Origin: Naegleria gruberi
Taxonomy: Eukaryota
Assembly (NCBI GenBank): GCA_000004985.1
Contig: GG738863.1
DNA length: 64,000 nt
Reading direction: 5' to 3' (one strand)
The notes under the pieces are model-generated. The model saw only the letters and a list, made by a program, of their open reading frames with translations. It was not told the DNA's origin and did no database searches. Shown here in pieces: positions 56,157 through 64,000 of the stretch; the stretch's first letter is position 1; the number at the start of each line of letters is the position of its first letter. The translations under genes were made by a program, and so were the position numbers.

Positions 56157-59100
56157 ATGTATCAACATCTTCCTTCATACATTTTCCTTCTATTTTTCTT
56201 CTTGTTATTATTTGTTGTTTCTGACTCCGAATGCCTTCATCATCATCATCATCGGTATAACACAGAGGAACCAACAAACATCTACACAGCCATATATTAT
56301 GTTGATCAACAGCAGCAGGGAAGAGAGTATAGAAATTTAACGTGTCGAGATGAACAACATCCCTGTTCTACTTTGGATCAAGTCATACAGGCAGCTAGGA
56401 AGGAATTATCAATGATGAGTTCTAATGACAATATCAACCATATTGCTAATGGTGAACGTCCTTTGATTATTGACACATTCAAAATGGTGATTATGAGTCC
56501 TTTCAATTTATCAAGATTTTCATCAGAATTACCTTTCGAATTTACCGAATATTGTACAAGATTTGAATTATTTTGGATTGGAAAGTTTATTACAGAATTA
56601 ATATTACCAAGGGAAAGTGTAATTGACTTGTTCTATATGAATGGTGGAATATTTGATAATTTTTCTACCCTGCAATTCAACAAGGGAATTGATAATGTGA
56701 AAATAGAGAATTGTACTGGAGTGATAGATGTCAACACTAATATTAGACAGCTGGAGATTGAATTTTGTAAATTTAATGAAATAATCATTCAAAACAATAT
56801 TAGACACATACAAATCAGCAACTCGAGGCTCAATTTCTTTAATTTACATTCAGAAAATATTCAATCCATGGTCAAGATTGAAAATTCCTTTTTAACTGGC
56901 AGTGTGCATATGCAGCTGTTTGAGCTATTTTCAATCTTTAATAGTACTTGGACCAGCATGAATACAAAATCTGAATTCAAACTTGGAAGGACAGTTCTAT
57001 TATCAAATATCACTACAAACTCTTTGGCACTATTTATGTTGATTGATACATTACAATTGGACAATGTTTTGGTGAATGGCACAAGAAATGATTGTCAATT
57101 TTATCAAATGATTAGTATCAACTCTTTGATAATTCAAAATTGCACATTTACTAATAATTATTTTTCAGAAGCCAATAGATTTATGTCTTTACAGATTGTA
57201 ACTTCCCTAACCATACGAGATACATTATATTCCCAGAATAATGGCGGATTTTTGCTCTTTACTGAGCCACAAAGTGTGGTGTTTACTAAAATTTCCCTTA
57301 CCAATAATATTATTCAAAACAATACCATTAAGAGTGATGCTTTATTGAAATTCATTGACCAAAATCATAGTTACTACAATATTGAAATTGAAAATTGTTA
57401 TTTTATGAATAACATTGGCAATAATTTGGGATCTTGTCTATATGTAGATGGTGGAATAGTTGATATTAGAAACTCGGTATTTTCTTTCAATATAGCACTT
57501 TTTGGTGGTTCCATATATGCTACCATGTCGAGTGTAGTAGTGAATAATTGCTCATATATTCAAAACCGTGCTGATATTGGTGGTGCAGTGTATTGTTTAG
57601 GTTCACACCTTGAAATTGAGAATGTGTATTGTGGAGAGAATCTGGCATTCTATGCAGGAGGCTGCATCTATTCAGATAGCACTGTGGTATCAAACAGATT
57701 GGAAGGAAGAAATAACATAGGTGCTTCTTATGGTAATCTTATTGCCTATCCATTACAAACCTTAGCACTTAGTATGAATGATATAATTATTGAAGATAGT
57801 ATTCAAGCCTATCCTGGACAATTACTCTATTTAAATCTTTATATAATGGATAAGAATAATCAGAGTGCTCTATTTCTATCAGATTCTAATTATTTAACAA
57901 TCCAACCAAAACATCCATCAGATGGCTTGTTATCTCAAAGCACTATTTCTGGAAATGCTCACTTGATAGTAGGATTACAATTAAAACTCAACAAACCATA
58001 TATTAGAAACATACCAATCACTATTACAGTTAATGCAAATATTATTAGAGAAATTCAAATTGAAATCCTTCCCTGTCCTTACAGTTATATTTTGAAAGAG
58101 AGCACTGGTTTTGGATGCGAATATCTTGCTATTGAAATTATAATTCCTTCAGTTGTTTTGGGATTCATTTCACTTTTGATTATTATTGGATCAATTTCTT
58201 ATGGATCTTTGATTTTAATTAAAAAATTATTGAAATTACAAAAACAAGAAAAAGCAGAGAAGGAGATTGAGAAAAAGTTCAATGATAAGCAATTCATTTT
58301 CGAAACAAATGAAGAATCACCACTCCTCTTCAATGATGATAACTATTCCAATTCTATTAACAACAATAGAGAAATGTCTAAAACAAAGAATATTTCTCAA
58401 CAATATATTATTCCAATAGCTGAGATTGAAATTGTAAAACGAATTGGGGAAGGCACATTTGGAAGTGTTTATCATGCGCTATGGCATAAGACTGATGTGG
58501 CAATCAAAAGACTTAAACATGAAACTAGTGATGATGAAGAATTCGAAAGAGAAGCTATTTTAATGTCTTCTTTAAGACATCCATTTATAGTAAGCTGTTT
58601 TGGAGTTTCACTAACAACCAATGCAAAATATATGGTCGTTGAGTATATGAACAATGGAAGTGTTGAGAAGGCAATTTATAATTCCAATCAGGGAAAAAAT
58701 GTTTTGAGGTTTAATGTGAAATTGAAGATTCTCATTAGTGTGGCTAAAGGATTGACCTATCTACATTCAATCAAACCACACAAAATAATTCATAGGTAAG
58801 TACTACTTGAAAAAGGTTAATGGTTTAAAGAAATCTTTCATAGAGACCTAAAATCTGCCAATATTCTGTTAGATTCAAATATGAATGCTAAAGTATGTGA
58901 TTTTGGATTGAGTAAGGTAGTTTCCAATTCGCATACAATGACTTCTAATGTGGGCACATTATTTTACACCAGTAAGTTCTTTATGTTATTCTTGTATTGT
59001 GATCAAATCTACCGAATCATGTTGAATATCAATTTTTGCTTCCCTTAATGTTTGTCACAAATAGGTCCAGGTAAGTATTTCAGTTGGTTTATTATTGTTG

Positions 59101-59615
59101 TATATTTTTCTGTTTTGTTAACATGTCATCCTATAATGCTCTGTTACATTGTGTTAACTCTTTAGTAAGTTTCACAATTATTTTCACTTTACTTTAATAT
59201 TGAAAATAAGGAGTTGTTATCTAACCAAGGCTATAAAGGCCAATCCACCAAATTGGATGTTTATTCCTTTAGTATTGTAATGTGGGAACTTTTATTTGAA
59301 AAGTCTCCATTTTCTGATGAATTGGAACAAGTTGAAAATCCATTCTCAATGCTAATGAATATTATTAATGGACACAGACCTAAATTAATGTTTGGAACTT
59401 CATTCGAAAATGTAACAAATGATTGGATTGAACATAATTTCACCAAGAAACAAATTCAAAATGTTGGTAGTAGGGAAAAGATTATTCAATATTTAGCAAA
59501 GTATGTGAAAATAATGGAAATGTGCTGGGCTCAAGATGCCTCACAAAGACCAGAATTTATTGAAATTGTTGATTATTTGGAGAATTTAAATTCTTCCTTA
59601 TTCAACCATTGAGTT
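56157..59615 (+). CDS. Receptor-like TKL protein kinase. It has a signal peptide, a large Cys/Asn-rich ectodomain, one TM helix and a cytoplasmic kinase domain split by at least 2-3 short introns. Exon 1 is 56157-58797.
   Basis: Signal peptide YIFLLFFFLLLFVVS. TM helix IIIPSVVLGFISLLIIIGSISYGSLILI. Kinase motifs IGEGTFGSVYHALWHKTDVAIKRLK, then after the intron at 58798 HR|DLKSANILLDSNMNAKVCDFGLS...GTLFYT, then ...LLSNQGYKGQSTKLDVYSFSIVMWELL. The exact junctions around 58970-59215 are unresolved. Confidence 0.7.
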
Positions 59616-59628
59616 GTTCTTCCATTCA

Positions 59629-60651
59629 TTACACTACATCAACTTGATTAGTTATAAAAAGTCTATCCTTCTTCCTTTGTCTACGGTGTAAACCAGTGAA
59701 GAGGAGAAGCTTGCTGACAAGTAGATCTTTTGAACTATAGATTAGAATATTTTCATTCAAATTCTCTTCTGCCAATCCTATCTCTACAATACAATAGAGA
59801 AATAATCCTCCAATGAGAGATTTTATCATCAGTATGGCACTAAACATACATAAAAAGATCCCAACACCACCTATTGCAGATGTTAAGCCAATTGGTTCTA
59901 ATGTCCACTCAACTTGTGTTGTGAGGATTCCATTTCTATCATAATAGCAGATAAAGTGTCTGTGTTCGTATTCTAATGGGTTACATGGGCCATCCTCACC
60001 TCCACATTTGTATTGAGTTGGTCGAATGAATTTGTAGCCATCAGAGTGCATGGTTATTTCAGTCCTTACTTCAATAGTCAATTTGAATGAATCTGTTGGG
60101 ATTTTATCGTAGGTACATTTAGATATTTCGATACAACATGGATAGAATGAATTTTTAAAATCACACATGGCCAAACCCTTTTCACATGGAATGCAAGTTG
60201 TGTTTGGAAATGGAATGGTATTATAGATTATTTCTGTAGAGTTGGAAATGGAATATTGATGACAATCAGCTGCTTTCCATACATCTTCAATTAGATACCA
60301 TAGTATTGCCATACCAAAAGCAGCAATATTTAACAGAAAACCAAAAAGTAAGAGAGCAAATCCATTGTAGAATGTTTTAACCCTACAAATATCACCAACA
60401 TGTTCATTCATCCTCTTGTGTTTGACAATTTGTGTACGTTTAGATTTTGGATTGGAATGTTGGAGATTTAATTTGTTATCGAATTCTGTCCAATATCTAT
60501 CGGAAGAAGCAAGGGAGAAGAATCTCTTATTGACCAGAGTGAGAGTATTAAGCACTTTCACATCTAAAACATTTATAAATTGGAAAACTAAATCCAGCTC
60601 GTCATCATTAAGGGAGGATGGTGTGCGAGATTGTTCTTTATATTGAGACAT
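59629..60651 (-). CDS. Hypothetical two-pass membrane protein with a Cys-rich luminal/extracellular loop and an F-box-like N-terminus.
   Basis: 340 aa ORF. Hydrophobic helices LLLFGFLLNIAAFGMAILWYLI and AIGGVGIFLCMFSAILMI flank a region with about 12 Cys. N-terminal LDLVFQFINVLDVKVLNTLTLVNKRF. Confidence 0.35.
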   Translation of the reverse strand: MSQYKEQSRTPSSLNDDELDLVFQFINVLDVKVLNTLTLVNKRFFSLASSDRYWTEFDNKLNLQHSNPKSKRTQIVKHKRMNEHVGDICRVKTFYNGFALLLFGFLLNIAAFGMAILWYLIEDVWKAADCHQYSISNSTEIIYNTIPFPNTTCIPCEKGLAMCDFKNSFYPCCIEISKCTYDKIPTDSFKLTIEVRTEITMHSDGYKFIRPTQYKCGGEDGPCNPLEYEHRHFICYYDRNGILTTQVEWTLEPIGLTSAIGGVGIFLCMFSAILMIKSLIGGLFLYCIVEIGLAEENLNENILIYSSKDLLVSKLLLFTGLHRRQRKKDRLFITNQVDVV

Positions 60652-60869
60652 TTTTTTAAAGAGTTTCGTATTAAGGGAAAGGGGTACGGGATGAACAATT
60701 TAATGTTCAATGTTTCATGCTTTGTGAACTTTACTCTGCATTTATAAAGCAAGTTTAATGTTCAAAATATAGTGCTTTGAATAAATCTTGAATGATTGAA
60801 CTTTAGAATTTTTTAAATAATTTAATATTAATGTTACAGAGACTTGATGAGCCTGTAATAATTGATTTC

Positions 60870-62940
60870 TTAATTGATACGTTGATAGTTCTTTTCCTTC
60901 TTTTCTTCATCAACAACTCGGTAAACAAAAAGAGCAATGCAAATAAAGGTCATGCAATAGAATCCAAAAACAAGAGAACTGAATGGCAAGTAGAATGGAG
61001 CAAACTTGATAGCAAAGATAATGTAAGGAACATTGTAAGCAATAAGGCCATAAATGTCACTGTGTAAGAATACCATCAAGGCAGTGTAAATCACTGAAGT
61101 AACAACGACAATAACAAATCTAATCAAAACTGAAGCACTACTAGCACTTTCAAACCAACCAGAGGTCAAGAATGGGAATTGACAAGTGAGTGGAACCTTA
61201 GAGTGGCAAATAAATGCTGTCATAACACACCAAAGAATGAACAAAACAATAGCAAACAACCAAGTAACAATAGTAATAACCAAACCACCAATAGCTCTAT
61301 CATTAACTCTACTACAAGCATTATTTTGACTATTACCAGTCATTTGATATTCCCAATAGCAGTGGAAAACATCCAAAACAGGAGCAGCAGTTTCAGTATT
61401 GGCCAAAATGACAAAACCTTGCTTGTGTTGTCTGTTGAATGCATAACGAGCATGCCATCCGAGATTGTGTCCAGATTGGAAATTAGTCATGGAACCATCA
61501 GATAAGACTTCAATTTCTGAACCAAGAGACATTGAGGTGGTAAACTTGTCCTTAATATATTCATAATAATTGAAAAGTTGTTCAGTATGTTCAGCATCTA
61601 GAACAGCATTACCTTCAATACCAGCATTCAAACCAGCAATCAAAAGATTGGCCATTTCAATACCACAACTGTACAATCCAAAACCAGATTGAACACTATA
61701 GGAATATTCTGGAATAGCGTAGAAATAACTGCCATAGGAAGAACTGAATGTACGAATATTAGCAACATCATCAGTGTCAAAAGTAGAAAGTGACAAACCC
61801 AAAGGATTGAGAACATTCAAGTTAATCCAATTTGTGAAATTGTGGCCAGTAACATCTTCAATGATGGCTTGCAAAATTGCCATATCAGCACCATTAGAAA
61901 CTCTAGATGTAGAAACACCAGTCTTTGAAGGGTCAATACGAATACTGTTGAAAACATCATTGAAAACAACACGGTTACGGCTAGTGGTTGGTTGACCATA
62001 GAATGATTCATATTGGTTAATATCAACAGCTCCAGAAGTGTGAGTCAAAAGATTCATAATAGTAGTGTCATTACTTTGACCACCCTTCAAATTCAAAAGG
62101 AGTCCTCTCTTAAGATAAAGATTGGCAGATGAACGAACAGATGTAATTTTACCATCTTGAACAAGTTTCATAATACCAAAACCAGTAATAGTTTCAGAAA
62201 TTTCACCAACTATTTACAATTAATTTCAATTGATTGCATCATATGTGAAAATTTGACATTTCCGAATAGTATTTTCGAAACGGTTGTCATCAAATGATGA
62301 TAACACAAATACCAATAATATAATAACAATCATATTGTTAATGAAAATGCAACAATAAAAACTAACCTTGAAAGAGAGTATGATTAGTAACAGAACTGTT
62401 CACTGTTGTGAAATAAATATCTCTCTGACCAAAAGCATAAGGTCTAACTCTGTAATTATCATCATCATCAGAAGCAGTATCAACCAAAACCAATTGAGCA
62501 CCAGCAATACCATACATGCTCAACAACTTTGGAAAATGATCCATAACATTAGTTTCAATAAAACTCTCAGAAATTGGCAAGCTACCATTACCACTGGTAC
62601 TATTTACGAAACGGTGTGGTCCAACCCATTCAAAATCAGGACTATAATTAAAAGGATTCATGTAAACATTTTGGAAAATCAAGATAAACCACAATAATGG
62701 AATTGATATCAAGAATATACTCAATATGAATGGCAAGGAACAAGAATCTGACCAATTACCGAGTGTTCCAGCACGATCAGTTTCATAGTGAGAAATTTCT
62801 TTAGCGGCTTGAGCAGAAAAATCTACATCAATATTTACGCCATCTTCTCTTCCGTTGTTGTCATTGTTGTCTTCTTGTTGTTGTTGGTGTTGCTGTGTTG
62901 ATGATAAGAGTGAGGCTCTCTCGTTGCTTTTATCACTCAT
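60870..62940 (-). CDS. Beta-lactamase/transpeptidase-fold serine-hydrolase-family protein with a C-terminal multi-TM domain. Two exons: 62367-62940 and 60870-62209.
   Basis: LVDTASDDDDNYRVRPYAFG...FQ|VGEISETITGFGIMKLVQDGKI (the position of the SxxK motif reads S-E-T-I) and the conserved LLTHTSG box. The C-terminal 150 aa contain 4-5 hydrophobic helices. The 157-nt intron GTTAGTTTTTATTG...TAAATAG was verified in-frame. Confidence 0.6.
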
Positions 62941-63179
62941 TTTTTTTTAAAATCTTTTTTTCGGAAGTGAAAAAAAGACTCCGTTCCCGTAACTTACGGC
63001 GACTCCGTTTTGTGGTGTGATGTGTTTATTTGGTGGTGCCCTTCTTCGTTGCAGTTGAAAACAAGGAAGTGAATATCCGTACAAGTACTCGTATGAGAAA
63101 ATTGTTAATTAATTTTGTAATTGTTTCATTTTCACAAGAATATGTATTGAAAATTATTGAACCAAAAAACAAATTACAT

Positions 63180-63992
63180 TTAGAATTTAATTCTTTGTGC
63201 ACAGGTAATGTAACCTTTTTGTTGGCTCTTTGTCCAAATCCAGTGAGAACCTGATTGCTTAGTAACTCCATAGTTATCTGAGTGAGGAGCCTTGACACCA
63301 ACAGGCCAACTGAGGAATTCATCTCCTGAAACAGAGAGATCACCAACCTTACAATTCCAAGTTGATGAACCAGTATTGAATTGTTGTCCCTTATCATTAT
63401 AGATATTGACAAGCAAACCACCCAAACCGTCCATATCAAAAGCACGGACAGAAATCAAGTCTCCATTAGTTAAAGTTACCTTGGTCTTTTGCTTACTACC
63501 CCAACTATCGCCAGAGATGACTTTACCACCATTAATATAGAGAGAATAGGAATTGTCACATGCAGCCTCAATGGTGAATTCAGACTTTCTGTTTTGAGCT
63601 GCTAATTCTTGAGCTTTCTTTTCTGCAGCTTCTTTTTCAGCCTTCAACTTGGCAGCAGCTTCTTGTTCGCCTTTTTGCTTGGCTTCAGCTTCCTTTGCCT
63701 TCTTTTCAGCAGCTTGTTTCTCAGCAAGTGCCTTTGCTTCAGCTTCTTGTTTTAATTTCAACTCTTCGGCAACTTGCTTAGCAGCTTTTTCTTCCTTAGT
63801 GGTTGGGGTATTAACAGAATTAATGACCATTCCATTTTGTCTGGAAGAGGTTGGTACTTGCTTGGAGAGGAAATCAACTTCATACTGCAAAACATTTCTC
63901 AACTCTGAGAGTTCAACCAATTGCTCCTTCTTTTGCTTGACATAGGAAGCTTGCAATTCGTGTGCTCCAAACTCTACAGCTCCTTGAATCAA
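63180..63992 (-). CDS. Protein with a K/E/A-rich coiled-coil followed by a C-terminal globular beta-rich domain. Possibly 5'-partial, since the start lies near the window edge.
   Basis: (AEKKAKEAEAKQKGEQEAAAKLKAEKEAAEKKAQELAAQ) heptad-like repeat. The C-terminal about 120 aa (FTIEAACDNSYSLYINGGKV...WIWTKSQ) is unrecognised. Confidence 0.4.
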   Translation of the reverse strand: MIQGAVEFGAHELQASYVKQKKEQLVELSELRNVLQYEVDFLSKQVPTSSRQNGMVINSVNTPTTKEEKAAKQVAEELKLKQEAEAKALAEKQAAEKKAKEAEAKQKGEQEAAAKLKAEKEAAEKKAQELAAQNRKSEFTIEAACDNSYSLYINGGKVISGDSWGSKQKTKVTLTNGDLISVRAFDMDGLGGLLVNIYNDKGQQFNTGSSTWNCKVGDLSVSGDEFLSWPVGVKAPHSDNYGVTKQSGSHWIWTKSQQKGYITCAQRIKF

Positions 63993-64000
63993 ATCCTTAG

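Noticed and set aside
1-64000. A prokaryotic-style novel system (defence island, operon, CRISPR/Cas, toxin-antitoxin).
   Set aside because: The sequence is unmistakably eukaryotic. It has spliceosomal introns with GTAAGT donors, poly-N/Q coding tracts, ribosomal protein L3, Arp2/3, fimbrin, Vps34 and a CaaX GTPase. There are no Shine-Dalgarno-coupled gene strings and no direct-repeat/spacer arrays.

Overview
This 64 kb window is eukaryotic nuclear DNA, not prokaryotic. It is AT-rich, has short GTAAGT...AG spliceosomal introns of about 50-160 nt, and has long poly-Asn/Gln/Ser/Thr coding tracts. Codon usage and gene families are typical of a dictyostelid social amoeba (Dictyostelium/Heterostelium/Cavenderia-like). 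The AT content looks somewhat lower than D. discoideum, so the species cannot be named. I found no rRNA, tRNA, CRISPR array, transposon or prokaryotic operon or defence island. The window is gene-dense, with about 30 protein-coding genes and typical intergenic spacing of 0.1-1 kb. Confident calls include ribosomal protein L3, Hsp104/ClpB, bacterial-type (mitochondrial) IF-2, fimbrin/plastin and a Vps34-like PI3-kinase. Also confident are L-threonine 3-dehydrogenase, an acetyl-CoA hydrolase/CoA-transferase, a mitochondrial SLC25 carrier, Arp2/3 p16 (ARPC5), a Ras-family GTPase, a Puf-A/Nop9-like Pumilio protein and a receptor-like TKL kinase. The most notable pattern is four ADP-ribosylation-cycle genes within about 30 kb. 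These are a PARP-like transferase, a TARG1/OARD1-like macrodomain protein, a canonical PARG and an ARH-family ADP-ribosylglycohydrolase with an N-myristoylation motif. Other points of interest are a pseudokinase-RCC1 fusion, a large secreted protein with weak similarity to large lipid transfer proteins preceded by an in-frame single-stop ORF, and a frameshift inside the PUF gene. A beta-lactamase-family membrane protein with a degenerate SxxK motif and a prion-like Q/N-rich protein are also present. All identifications rest on motif recognition in the supplied translations plus manual splice-junction reading, without database searches.
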